From an uncultured Candidatus Binatia bacterium (GTDB lineage: Bacteria; Desulfobacterota; Binatia; Bin18), in contig CBDBDK010000002.1 in NCBI GenBank assembly GCA_965203745.1, positions 390,009 through 454,008 on the forward strand: a stretch of 64,000 nt of DNA. The letters are read 5' to 3'. The notes beneath the pieces are model-generated. The model saw only the letters and a list, made by a program, of their open reading frames with translations, had not been told where the DNA came from and made no database searches. The translations under genes and the position numbers were made by a program. How positions within the stretch are numbered: position 1 is the stretch's first letter; each line of letters starts with the position of its first letter. Shown in pieces: positions 9,655-19,431 of this stretch.

Positions 9655-10806
9655 ATGGTAGCTCCAGTCATTATTTCGAGTGATAGTCATATTGTCGAAC
9701 CGCCCGATCTCTACACCAAGGGCATGCCCTCAAAGTTGCTGGACCGGGCGCCGGTGATGAAGCGCTATAAAACCGAGGACGGCAGAGACGGGGACGCGTG
9801 GTTTATTGGCGATACCCAGATCGCCACTCTCGGAGGCGTGACCCAGGCGGGTCGGCGCTTTGATGACGGTTCGACCATCGATTTTGTCAGCATCTGGGAA
9901 GACGTGAGAGAAGGGGCGTATGAGCCGCGGGCGATGATTGCCGAGTTGGAGATGGATGGCATATGGGGAGCTGTGCTGCAGCCGAGTCAGGGGCTGTTCT
10001 GGTACCACCTGGAGGACAGCGAGCTCTTATCCGGCATTTGTTCCGCCTATAACGACTGGATTGCCGATTTTTGTACCGCCTATCCTGAACGGCTGCGTGG
10101 CATTGGCATGATCAATGTCGATGATCCTGCCCAGGCGAGTGCCGAGCTCAAGCGCTGTGCTGAGCTCGGGTTAGCCGGAGTATTTATTCCTGTCACCCCG
10201 CTGCCCGGACGGCCCTACCGCGATCCCCTGTACGAGCCATTCTGGGCGGTTGCCCAAGAGACGGAGGTGCCGCTCTTAATGCACTTGGCGACGCAGCGGG
10301 CCAACGTGCCCGGCTGTGAGATCTCGATCAGTTTTTCGACCTTCACGCCAGCCGGACTCCGGCCCACTCAAGATTACTGGGTCCGCTATGCGCTGACCGA
10401 TATTATTTTTGCTGGGGTGTGCGAGCGCTATCCGCGCCTCAAGATTGGCTCTGTCGAGCACGAGATCTCATGGGCTCCTCACTGGCTCCAACAGATGGAT
10501 TATACGTATACGGACCGGCCGGTGTATGCGAAATTCAAATCCAAAGAGGGGCTGTTGCCCAGTGACTACTGGCGCCGCAATATGTTTGCGGTGTTTCAGG
10601 AAGATGAGGTTGGCGTTCTGCTGCGACACCGGATCGGCATGGACACCATGCTGTGGGGCAACGACTTCCCACACTCGGAATCGACGTGGCCGAAATCGAT
10701 GGAGTTCCTGGAGAAGATGTTTGCCGGGGTACCTGCGGACGAACGCCGTCAATTGACGCGGGATAATGCTGCGAGGCTCTTTGGGTTCTCTCCTCCAGAG
10801 GCATAA
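9655..10806 (+). CDS. Amidohydrolase_2 family protein
   Basis: SSDSHIVEP, AYNDWIADFC, WGNDFPHSES; GAGGAGG RBS. Confidence 0.9.
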   Translation: MVAPVIISSDSHIVEPPDLYTKGMPSKLLDRAPVMKRYKTEDGRDGDAWFIGDTQIATLGGVTQAGRRFDDGSTIDFVSIWEDVREGAYEPRAMIAELEMDGIWGAVLQPSQGLFWYHLEDSELLSGICSAYNDWIADFCTAYPERLRGIGMINVDDPAQASAELKRCAELGLAGVFIPVTPLPGRPYRDPLYEPFWAVAQETEVPLLMHLATQRANVPGCEISISFSTFTPAGLRPTQDYWVRYALTDIIFAGVCERYPRLKIGSVEHEISWAPHWLQQMDYTYTDRPVYAKFKSKEGLLPSDYWRRNMFAVFQEDEVGVLLRHRIGMDTMLWGNDFPHSESTWPKSMEFLEKMFAGVPADERRQLTRDNAARLFGFSPPEA

Positions 10807-10954
10807 CGTGGGCTACACAAAGGGGCGGTAACGATACCGCCGCCTTAATACCTGTCCGTTCGATCCCCGGCAACAAAGCCAGCGTGGTGCTCCTTCTCCT
10901 TGTGTCTCGAATGTCTGCCTGCTACAAAAAATTCCTCTCCTCAAGGCGTCTCAT

Positions 10955-11251
10955 ATGGAAGCAAAGGACATTCTTACTTGGTGTTTTACGGTTGCAGCTC
11001 TGACCTTTGGCGTCTTTGGTTTTCTCTACTCAACCTATGCAGGAGCTATGCTTCAGACGGCAGCAGTCCCCCCTATAACCAGGGACCTCCGACGGTTTTG
11101 CTGGGCCCTAGCCTTTGTCCTAGTTATTCTTACCGGGCTTGCCGCCTTCACGAGCTATCGCGCGGAAGTCGGTTTTTCTACATGGCTGATTGTCTGCTGC
11201 TTTGTGGCTCTCATGATTTTCACTGTCGGTCTTGCGTATAAGATGGAATGA
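10955..11251 (+). CDS. Small 3-TM membrane protein, unknown function
   Basis: Three hydrophobic segments; AT-richer islet. Confidence 0.55.
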   Translation: MEAKDILTWCFTVAALTFGVFGFLYSTYAGAMLQTAAVPPITRDLRRFCWALAFVLVILTGLAAFTSYRAEVGFSTWLIVCCFVALMIFTVGLAYKME

Positions 11252-11261
11252 AAGAACAGGG

Positions 11262-11573
11262 ATGGCATTCACGACTGCAACGGATCTTCAGACACTCAAG
11301 AGTCGTAGCTTTTTGACGGATTATATGAAAAATAGGACTAAATTCATTGAAGTTGGAAAAATTGTTTACCAAGCTCTTTTGAATCACGGAGGGACCGTCC
11401 CCGCAGAGGCTGACATGGAAAGACCGCTAGCAGTAGCTCTGCAAAGTACGACTCTTTTCAATACCCTATGTGCAGCAAAGCCCCATGCAAATCCAGTGTT
11501 TTATCCGACCTTTGCTTATGCTCTGGCCCGATATATGCTGGATGATTCCTGGAACGAAATGAGCACTCCTTGA
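11262..11573 (+). CDS. Hypothetical protein
   Basis: ORF 10 nt after previous stop, AT-richer codon usage. Confidence 0.55.
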   Translation: MAFTTATDLQTLKSRSFLTDYMKNRTKFIEVGKIVYQALLNHGGTVPAEADMERPLAVALQSTTLFNTLCAAKPHANPVFYPTFAYALARYMLDDSWNEMSTP

Positions 11574-11590
11574 AGTAAGGAGAAAGTTCA

Positions 11591-11839
11591 ATGGAAATCC
11601 CGACGATACAAGACAAAGAACTCTCCCTGCGGGCGGATGCCTTTGCCGAAGACCTAGCTGAGAGGCTTGGGGAATTTAACGACCGGAATCCTAAGCCAGA
11701 GATGAGCCTGGAAGCGTGGCAGTGCCTTGAAAAGCAACATGGGGATAATATACCGGGACTTACACCCGATGAGATGATCCCCTTCTTCAAGATGATCTTT
11801 TGTGTGTATATGGGCTCTCATTATGGACTCGTGCCGTGA
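11591..11839 (+). CDS. Hypothetical protein
   Basis: AAGGAG RBS, compact spacing with upstream ORF. Confidence 0.5.
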   Translation: MEIPTIQDKELSLRADAFAEDLAERLGEFNDRNPKPEMSLEAWQCLEKQHGDNIPGLTPDEMIPFFKMIFCVYMGSHYGLVP

Positions 11840-11931
11840 AGAAGCATGAATCACCTGAATACCTCACTTGCTCTGATTATATGGGCTACCTCGGGTCACC
11901 AAATACCGCATGGTAGCAAAGGGGCATCGAT

Positions 11932-13929
11932 ATGAAAAAGGGACTGCTGGTTGCGCCGGAATTCCCGGCTGATTCCTTCTGGAGCTTTAAGTATGTGATG
12001 AAGTACATCCGGCGCAAAGCTCCGTTCCCACCCCTTGGGCTGCTGACCTTCGCGGCCCTGATGCCACAGGATGAATGGGAATTTGAACTGGTTGATCTGA
12101 ATGTCGGGCGACTCTCGTCTCAGCAGCTCCAAAAAAAAATCCAGGACAGCGACACTGTCTTTGCCGGGGCGATGAATGTCCAACGCGACTCCCTCGTTGA
12201 GCTTCTCAAAGGACCGGCCCACGGTACGGACACCCCCTGGGTTCTTGGCGGGCCCCTGGCCTCGACCTATCGCAGCTCCATTATGGACCCGCGGAACGAG
12301 CAGGATGCGGTGCTGCATCGAGGTCTCGACTACCTGGTCTGGGGAGAGGCGAGTCCGTGGATTGCCGAGCTGAACCGTCGCCTGGAGGAAACCCCCACAC
12401 ATAGCGACGCGTCCCCCTTTCTCTTCATTCCCGAACGAGTCCTCAACGAACCCGAGGCATCCCGCAAGTATCTCCAGGACCGTTCAATTTTCGAACCTTT
12501 TGACGGCCTGCCCAGCCCGCGCTGGGATTTGATTGATGTCGGTCACTACCGCGCCTTGATGTTGCAAACAACCGCCGGCTGCCGCTTTCGGTGTAATTTC
12601 TGTGACATCATTCAGTTCAACGGCGGATTCCCCCGGGCAAAGGGGGGAACCGATGTCACGCGGGAATTACAAGCCATCTATGACACCGGCTTTCGGGGCG
12701 GGGTGTTCACGGTTGACGATAATTTCGTGTCCGAACCCAAGGCCATGGAAGAGATCCTGGACGCGATGACGGAATTCCAGCGTCAGCACGACTATCCCTT
12801 TGAATTTTTTACCCAGGCAAGTATTGACCTGGGCAAGGAGTCGCTGGCCTATCTGGTGCCCCTGATGCAGCAGGCCGGGTTTGCCACCGTCTTCCTGGGA
12901 ATCGAGAATCCTGACCCCGCGGCACTGCGGCAGATGAATAAGATCCAGAATATCAAAACCGCGCCAAAGGATACGATTGGCTTGCTCCAGAAAAATGGCA
13001 TTGAGGTCCAGGCCGGCTTTATCTTTGGGGCCGATACCGATACCCGACAGACGGCTGACAATATTGTAGACTTTGTCGAAAAGAATGGGGTCTTCTCGGC
13101 CATGACCGGCACCTTGACCCCGCTGCCGCATACCCCGCTGTATGTCGAATTGAAAGAGCAGGGCCGTCTGCTCGAAGCGGAGCTGGCATGTAATAATGTT
13201 GACGACACCGTCCAGTTCAAGCCCCTGATGGGCGCCGATAATTTGCAGAGCGGCTTTCTCCATATCCTGGAGTCCCTATTCAGCCAGCAGGCCATGTATG
13301 GACGGGCGGAGCGCCTGATAGGTCGTCTGGATACCCATATTTTTACGAACAGCCATCTTGATATGGGCCAGGTCTTGGCGGCGTTGCGCTCGTTTGCCAG
13401 GCAGGGCTTGGGCGGATTGTGGACGAAGGAACAGCGGGGCTACTTCCATCTGCTCAGGCGCGCCGTTCAGCTTGACCGACAATTCCTGCGGGATATCCAC
13501 TCGGAGGCCCGGAATCTGGGTTCCTATTGGGACAAGATGGGGGCCGCGGCTAAGAATTATATCGAGTTGGACGGGCAAGATGCGAAGCGGTTTGCCGAGA
13601 TGCTGTCCTATGCCCAGGATGCTTTGGTGCGCTGCCGGCCCGACATGGGTCTGACCGAAGTCCAGGATTTTGTCCAACGCGTGCGAGAAGCGGTTGCCCA
13701 AGGCGTCCTGCCACGCGCCGAAGCCCAATCGGTCTATGAAGCCGCCCGCGAGTATTTGCATACGAAACGTGCCCTGTTTCAGTTTCCAGGGTCACACCTC
13801 GTTAAGGCTCTTGAATTGTCCATTGTCGGTATTCACTACGGAACGGTGGTGGAGCACGTGCTCACCAAAATGCGTGAGGGACGTGGGCTGACGCTTTCCA
13901 CCGAACCCATGAGCACGCGGCCGGTATAG
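11932..13929 (+). CDS. B12-binding radical SAM protein (DUF4070/HpnP-like subfamily) with C-terminal helical extension
   Basis: SFWSF..PPLGLLT B12 domain, CRFRCNFC, VDDNF, FLGIE, GFIFGAD. Confidence 0.88.
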   Translation: MKKGLLVAPEFPADSFWSFKYVMKYIRRKAPFPPLGLLTFAALMPQDEWEFELVDLNVGRLSSQQLQKKIQDSDTVFAGAMNVQRDSLVELLKGPAHGTDTPWVLGGPLASTYRSSIMDPRNEQDAVLHRGLDYLVWGEASPWIAELNRRLEETPTHSDASPFLFIPERVLNEPEASRKYLQDRSIFEPFDGLPSPRWDLIDVGHYRALMLQTTAGCRFRCNFCDIIQFNGGFPRAKGGTDVTRELQAIYDTGFRGGVFTVDDNFVSEPKAMEEILDAMTEFQRQHDYPFEFFTQASIDLGKESLAYLVPLMQQAGFATVFLGIENPDPAALRQMNKIQNIKTAPKDTIGLLQKNGIEVQAGFIFGADTDTRQTADNIVDFVEKNGVFSAMTGTLTPLPHTPLYVELKEQGRLLEAELACNNVDDTVQFKPLMGADNLQSGFLHILESLFSQQAMYGRAERLIGRLDTHIFTNSHLDMGQVLAALRSFARQGLGGLWTKEQRGYFHLLRRAVQLDRQFLRDIHSEARNLGSYWDKMGAAAKNYIELDGQDAKRFAEMLSYAQDALVRCRPDMGLTEVQDFVQRVREAVAQGVLPRAEAQSVYEAAREYLHTKRALFQFPGSHLVKALELSIVGIHYGTVVEHVLTKMREGRGLTLSTEPMSTRPV

Positions 13930-13945
13930 GCGACTTTCCCGCCTG

Positions 13946-14935
13946 GTGACTCTCATTTATCTTCCGTGTGCGGACCTGCCCGTTTCCCCTATGACTCGCC
14001 CTGTTGCAGCCTCCGCCTGCTCTCTCCCGTTTGCGGAAGCCGAGTATAGGCGGACCTTTGAGGCCGAGATTGACAATCTGGTCAACTCGGAAATGCGAGT
14101 CCGGGGAACGCTTGCCGACCATCGCTGTACACTGACCGCCGAGTGGGTGGTGCGGCTGCCGACGTATGAAATCCGCCAGGCCTCTGCGACGCATCTCTCC
14201 GGCGCCCTCGAGGTGCTCTCGCCAGCGTTGATCACGCGTCTTCCCGCCATTCAGGGCGCAACGATTGGTCAGGGCTTTAGCCGGACCATGGGAGCGACCC
14301 TGGGCAACCTGCCAGGTCACAAAGAGCACCGGACGTTAGCAACGGAAATGGCGCGTGTTAGCCTTCAGGCCTTTCCGGTTCCCAAAGACGATCATGAACG
14401 GTTTGCGTCGTTTGTGACGGACATGCCGCCCGGACCGAGCCGGCTGGCGCGTATGCTCTGGGAACGGGACCGCGCCGATTTCGGTATGCTGAAGAACTCG
14501 TGCTTTACGTATCGTGATCAGTCGGCTCGACTGTTTGGGGAACGGACGATTGAGCCTTTCGACCCTGATATGACTGTCCCTAAACCGGGAGAGGCGCGCT
14601 TCTTTTGGCGCACCAAACGCTTACAGATTGCCCCACGCTCCGACCGGGCGAGTTTTCACTGTCAGCATGCACTGGATGACCGCTTTCAGCAGATGCAGAT
14701 CGATTTTGATATCGACGCTGAGGGGACGATCACCAACGCCACGAGTCGGCCCGGACGGCTACCCTTCCGCGGGCTATGCGAAGAGCCTCACTCCCGAACG
14801 GGAGGGCTCAACGGCCTCAAGCTCGGAAAAAATTTCACGCCTCCGGTCGTCGATCAGATCGGTGGCTCAACCGGCTGTCGCCATTTGTTTGATTTGGCGA
14901 CGGACTGCCTGCGTCTCTTTACCTGGCGAGAATAG
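13946..14935 (+). CDS. DUF2889 domain protein (two-domain)
   Basis: PFRGLC..., GGSTGCRHLFDL and KNSCF motifs; start uncertain. Confidence 0.6.
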   Translation: MTLIYLPCADLPVSPMTRPVAASACSLPFAEAEYRRTFEAEIDNLVNSEMRVRGTLADHRCTLTAEWVVRLPTYEIRQASATHLSGALEVLSPALITRLPAIQGATIGQGFSRTMGATLGNLPGHKEHRTLATEMARVSLQAFPVPKDDHERFASFVTDMPPGPSRLARMLWERDRADFGMLKNSCFTYRDQSARLFGERTIEPFDPDMTVPKPGEARFFWRTKRLQIAPRSDRASFHCQHALDDRFQQMQIDFDIDAEGTITNATSRPGRLPFRGLCEEPHSRTGGLNGLKLGKNFTPPVVDQIGGSTGCRHLFDLATDCLRLFTWRE

Positions 14936-14957
14936 CCGGGCTCCTCTCCACGCCGTT

Positions 14958-15818
14958 TTATGGGAGTACGTCTGCCTGCACGACCCAGGTTGCGCTCGAC
15001 AGGTAGACGCTGTCTCCGTCCGCATACGGGAGCAGGGCTGAACGGATAGCCTCGGCAACGCGGCTGCGTGTCTCGGCATCGGACTCACGCAACAGGGAGG
15101 CAACCGGCCCGATGGCGAGCAGGAAAGCGACCGCTCCGTCTACGCCCGTTGCGCCGCCGACGCTGATATCCGTTTCATGGGACTGGCAGCCCACATTACG
15201 AAATCCGGCCGAATCAAGAATAGCGCGTACGCGGTCAGGATCGGCCAAAGAAAAGGGGCCGGGGGTGCCGGGCTCGGGACGAGGCGGAAGCGGCACATGT
15301 TGAGCCGCGGCTTGAAGCGGCACCCGAACCCAGTCGTTTTTCTGCAACTCCTGCCAGCACAGGAAACACAGTCGCCCTCCAGGGCGGAGTGCAGTCCGTA
15401 GGTTACCGAAAGCCTGGGCAGCATCCTCGAAGAACATGACGCCGAAACGAGAAAAGATCAGATCAACGCTCTCCGGCTCAAAGCGGTGTGTCTGGGCATC
15501 GGCATGCAGGAAGCTCAAGTGCCGAAGCTGTTGCTCCTGTTGACGCTCACGAGCGCGACCCAGCATGGGACGGGAGACATCAATCCCCGTCACCGAGCCG
15601 TGAGGACCGACCCGGTCTGCCAGAGCGAGCGCGGTGTGTCCGCACCCGCAGCCAACATCGAGCACGGACTCTCCCGGTTGCGCGGCCGCTTGCTCCAAGG
15701 CAACAAGTCCCAACGGACCGATCTGAGCATCGAGCCGCTCCTGGAGTTTGACCCATTGCGGACCGCCCCGTTCGTTCCAATACTCAATCTGCTCTGCGTT
15801 GGTCTGTCCGTTCGCCAT
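14958..15818 (-). CDS. Class I SAM-dependent methyltransferase
   Basis: VLDVGCGCG, SRFGVMFF, LRPGGRL, PGPFSLAD. Confidence 0.9.
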   Translation of the reverse strand: MANGQTNAEQIEYWNERGGPQWVKLQERLDAQIGPLGLVALEQAAAQPGESVLDVGCGCGHTALALADRVGPHGSVTGIDVSRPMLGRARERQQEQQLRHLSFLHADAQTHRFEPESVDLIFSRFGVMFFEDAAQAFGNLRTALRPGGRLCFLCWQELQKNDWVRVPLQAAAQHVPLPPRPEPGTPGPFSLADPDRVRAILDSAGFRNVGCQSHETDISVGGATGVDGAVAFLLAIGPVASLLRESDAETRSRVAEAIRSALLPYADGDSVYLSSATWVVQADVLP

Positions 15819-15910
15819 ATACTGCTCCAACCGATACCGTGGTGTCCCCTCTAGGGCTGGCGTTCTCGTGTATCAGTCTGAAGTACTGCTGACCAGTGAG
15901 GGCCCGGCGT

Positions 15911-16309
15911 TTATGCCGCTGCGATCTTTTGGCGCGTCAGCGTCAGTGGTTCGTGAAAATGCGTCTCCACCAGTGTAATACCAAGACTTTCCGCTATCGC
16001 TCGATCCTCGGCGTCCCAGCCATCCTCGACCCACACGATCTTTTTTCCCGGCCCGACCAGGCCGGCCAGCCCCTCGGTTTTTGTGGCCTTCCAGGACAGT
16101 GACGGCAGGTGGATATCGAGCGCTGCGAACTCCAGGTGGATATGAGCCTGCCATGAAGAGAGGATAAGGACGACGTGGAACTGTTCCTGACACCACGCAA
16201 CAAATTCCTGGACTCCCTCTTTCCAATCCGTCCCGCGTATGGTGCCAGCAGCACCCTGGAGGGATTTCAGCACACCATCGACATCGAGCAAGAGAATATT
16301 TGTCGTCAT
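15911..16309 (-). CDS. Small HAD-superfamily protein
   Basis: LLLDVDGVL motif I, LSSW motif II, VWVED motif IV. Confidence 0.7.
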   Translation of the reverse strand: MTTNILLLDVDGVLKSLQGAAGTIRGTDWKEGVQEFVAWCQEQFHVVLILSSWQAHIHLEFAALDIHLPSLSWKATKTEGLAGLVGPGKKIVWVEDGWDAEDRAIAESLGITLVETHFHEPLTLTRQKIAAA

Positions 16310-16317
16310 GGGAAAGT

Positions 16318-17148
16318 TCAGCGGCCGGTGAAGACGGGCGATCTTTTCTCCTTGAAAGCGCGAACCGCTTCTTGAAAATCCTGTGTTCCGGACGCCCGGA
16401 TCAGCCGGTCCGCTTCCATGTCCAGGCAGGTATGCAGATCCTGGGTCGTGGCCCGGTTCAGATTCTCCTTCATATAGCGCAGGGCCAGCGGTGGGCCGGC
16501 GGCAATCCGTTTGGCAAAGGCCAGGGCTTCCGTCTCGAATGTCTCGTCCGCAAAGACCCGGTTAAAAATGCCTAAACGCGCACACTCCGCGGCGTCTATG
16601 CGCTCGGAGGTATAATAGAGTTCTCGCGCCTTGGCCGTGCCGATCAGTTGGGTCAAAAACCAGCTTCCCCCGTAATCTCCGGGCAGCCCGATTTTTCCAA
16701 AGCCGGTGGTGACAAACGCTCGCGCCGCGGCAATACGGATATCACACGCCAGGGCGATCGAAAGTCCGGCTCCGGCCGCCGGGCCGGGCAGGGCGGCGAG
16801 CACGGGTTTTTCGAGTTCGTAGATCATGCCGGTCAGCGTTCTCTGTCGCCGCCGTAAGAGCTGGATCTTTTCCTCCGGTGTCTGTTCTTCTTTGGACCAT
16901 GAGCCAAAGGTTTTAACATCGCCGCCGGCACAAAAGGCCGTCCCGGCTCCAGTAAGCATAATGCAGCCCACATCGGGGCGGACTGCCAGCTCCGGAATAA
17001 TAGTGCGGAGCGCCGGGGTGAGCGTATCCGACAGCGCGTTCCGAACCTCAGGGCGATTCAGGGTCACCACTCCAACACGCTCTTCGATATGGCATAGGAG
17101 TTGGTCGGTCCCGGTATCTATGGCCTGTCTGTGCGATTCTTCGGACAT
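16318..17148 (-). CDS. Enoyl-CoA hydratase/isomerase family protein
   Basis: TLNRPE, AFCAGGD, AAGAGLSIALACDIR, PGDYGG. Confidence 0.92.
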   Translation of the reverse strand: MSEESHRQAIDTGTDQLLCHIEERVGVVTLNRPEVRNALSDTLTPALRTIIPELAVRPDVGCIMLTGAGTAFCAGGDVKTFGSWSKEEQTPEEKIQLLRRRQRTLTGMIYELEKPVLAALPGPAAGAGLSIALACDIRIAAARAFVTTGFGKIGLPGDYGGSWFLTQLIGTAKARELYYTSERIDAAECARLGIFNRVFADETFETEALAFAKRIAAGPPLALRYMKENLNRATTQDLHTCLDMEADRLIRASGTQDFQEAVRAFKEKRSPVFTGR

Positions 17149-17171
17149 ACATTCTCCTCGTTCATCGTATC

Positions 17172-18791
17172 TTACTGGTCCGCCGCGGCCAGAAACATTC
17201 TCGCTTCTTGCAGTGCCTCCGGAGCATTCCTGTCCCCCCAGACGGCAAGAAGCTTCTGATAACTCTGACGCGCGGTGCCGAGGTTATCACTTTTTGCGGC
17301 TGCGCGTGCCAAGCCGCGCAGAGAAAGGGGACGGTTCGGGGTACGCCGCAAAGAGGCTTCGAACCAGGTCATCGCCTGTTGCGGCTGGTCAAGCGCAAGC
17401 AAGACTTCTCCATATAACTCGTGCGCGGGTTTGATGGGTATAGCTGCTCCGTTGGGTAGGCCCATACTGTTGGCAATCGCCACGGCTTCGTCCATGAGGG
17501 CGATGGCGGCGTCGCCCTGGCCCTGTGCCAGACGAACCAGGGCGGCAACCTCAAGCCGCATGATAGTCAGAGCTTGGTGGGTCTGTTTGAAGCGAGGCGA
17601 CGCCCCTTCCTGCTCTCGTGCGCTCAACTTGGCCTCCACCTGCTGAGCGATTGCCACATCCCCCATGCGCACAGCGCTCATGCCGGTTGCCATCAACTCG
17701 TGAGTAGTGAGATCGGAAAGAAGAGAGAGTTGCTCCCACCGCTCGCTTTCGACAATATAGCGGGCCGTCATTTCGCCGACACCTTCCTTGACCCTTGAGA
17801 CCGTGCTTTTCTCTGCGACTGGTCGCAGCAGTGCAATCGCCTGCTTTGCCTTGGCCCAATCCGCCAGTTGCAGTGCGCCGTACTGGCCCCAGTCCAAGGC
17901 GTGCCAGATATACACATCATTAAAATATCGTTGTGTTTTAGAAAAACTGTCTCGCTGATGCCACCTCGCGAAAGCGGCTTGATATGAGGCTTCATTGGAA
18001 GCCACAACTTCGGCCCACATGCCGCGCTGAATAAAAATATGCGAGGGCATGTGTAAGGCATGGGAGACATCCGGAGCGATTGTCGCGTAGCGTTGGGCGG
18101 CCGTCAGGGCCAGGGGCGCGTGAATAGGATCGTCGAAGGCGTGAATAATATAATGGGCAGCCCCAGGATGGTTGGGGTGTTGACGAAATACATCCTGCGC
18201 TATCGCCCCCGCTTCCATTCGTACTCCAAACGTTGACTCTGATCCCCAGGTGTCTCCGACATGGCGGACCGTCCCCAGGAGGGCAACAGCGTAAAACGCC
18301 TGAATTTCTTCGTCCTCAGGATAGCGGGTCGCCAACCGCCCCATCGCCTCTGCGTAAGCAAAGGCGCGCTTGGCATCGTCTCCCTCTCCATACAGAATCT
18401 CCACCGCGGCCAGTAAGCCGGCTTCGCGCGGAGTCGGGGCTTTGGCGGCCCGCTCGGCCGGTGAAGAACCGAGCCGGGCCAGGACTTTTCTCGGCGTTTC
18501 AAGGTCACGCGCCGGTTGCAGCGGATGATTGTGACTGAGCGCCTCTCCCCAGTAGGCCAGGGCAAAGTCCGGCTCGACTTTCGTCGCCGCCCGGAACGCC
18601 TCGGCGGCGTCCTCGAATCCAAAATTATGCAGATATTTGACACCCCGCAGGAAGTGATCTTGGGCTTCGGCTGAGCCGGAGGTCGGGAAATTCAGCTCTC
18701 CGAGCTGCTCGGCTCGGGCCACTGGCAGACCGACAAAGATACTCGCGAGCAGGAATAGGGCGCTGACACCGTGTGGGACTCTTTGCCTCAT
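17172..18791 (-). CDS. Secreted tetratricopeptide-repeat protein
   Basis: Signal peptide; HPGAAHYIIH, HALHMPSHIF; TPR-like helices. Confidence 0.8.
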   Translation of the reverse strand: MRQRVPHGVSALFLLASIFVGLPVARAEQLGELNFPTSGSAEAQDHFLRGVKYLHNFGFEDAAEAFRAATKVEPDFALAYWGEALSHNHPLQPARDLETPRKVLARLGSSPAERAAKAPTPREAGLLAAVEILYGEGDDAKRAFAYAEAMGRLATRYPEDEEIQAFYAVALLGTVRHVGDTWGSESTFGVRMEAGAIAQDVFRQHPNHPGAAHYIIHAFDDPIHAPLALTAAQRYATIAPDVSHALHMPSHIFIQRGMWAEVVASNEASYQAAFARWHQRDSFSKTQRYFNDVYIWHALDWGQYGALQLADWAKAKQAIALLRPVAEKSTVSRVKEGVGEMTARYIVESERWEQLSLLSDLTTHELMATGMSAVRMGDVAIAQQVEAKLSAREQEGASPRFKQTHQALTIMRLEVAALVRLAQGQGDAAIALMDEAVAIANSMGLPNGAAIPIKPAHELYGEVLLALDQPQQAMTWFEASLRRTPNRPLSLRGLARAAAKSDNLGTARQSYQKLLAVWGDRNAPEALQEARMFLAAADQ

Positions 18792-18891
18792 AATTCACCT
18801 TCCTTGTGTCATGCCGAATATTTGTTTCAAAACATCATAGAGTTCCTCTGGTCAACCCGCTATATAGGCCGAAAGAGAAAAGGGGAACATC

Positions 18892-19311
18892 ATGGCAGCA
18901 GACATACAGAGTTTGGAAGCAGCCTTTCACGCCTGGAATGACGGGCTCAATACCGGCAACTTGGACGCCTTCTGGCAGGCGTTTCACGAGGAGGCGGAGA
19001 TTCTGGACGAAGACTTTCCGTGGCGCATGGACCTGGACGACTTCAAGGACCATATTGCCTTCCACGCTGGCGGGAAAGGGATGTGGGAGTCGTTTGAATG
19101 GAAGCCGCGCGAAATGCACTTCAAAGTGTTTGGGGATACCGGCCATGTCAGCGGCTTTTCGACGTTTCGGGGCAAACCGCGCGATGCCGGTTTCCGCCAG
19201 CGCTTTATGGGCTTTACCCTGACCTGGGTGTATCGGGACGGAGCCTGGAAGCTGGTCTGCTGGCACCAGAGTCCCTTAATCGGACGGATACTCGAAGCAT
19301 CGCCGAGCTAA
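18892..19311 (+). CDS. NTF2/SnoaL-like (DUF4440) protein
   Basis: GDTGHV, GAWKLVCWHQS C-terminus. Confidence 0.8.
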   Translation: MAADIQSLEAAFHAWNDGLNTGNLDAFWQAFHEEAEILDEDFPWRMDLDDFKDHIAFHAGGKGMWESFEWKPREMHFKVFGDTGHVSGFSTFRGKPRDAGFRQRFMGFTLTWVYRDGAWKLVCWHQSPLIGRILEASPS

Positions 19312-19359
19312 GGAAGCAGTCCAGAGAGCCCACCCCGCCAGGGGAGAGGGAATGAAAAT

Positions 19360-19427
19360 GTAGCGGCACCCCCTGTGGTTGCCCGGAGGGGCTCACGCGA
19401 CTGAAGGGGCAATTCATGAATTGCCCC
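19360..19427. repeat. GTAG-type REP-like palindromes
   Basis: GTAGCGGCACCCCCTGTGGTTGCCC and perfect palindrome GGGGCAATTCATGAATTGCCCC between convergent genes. Confidence 0.65.
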
Positions 19428-19431
19428 CACA

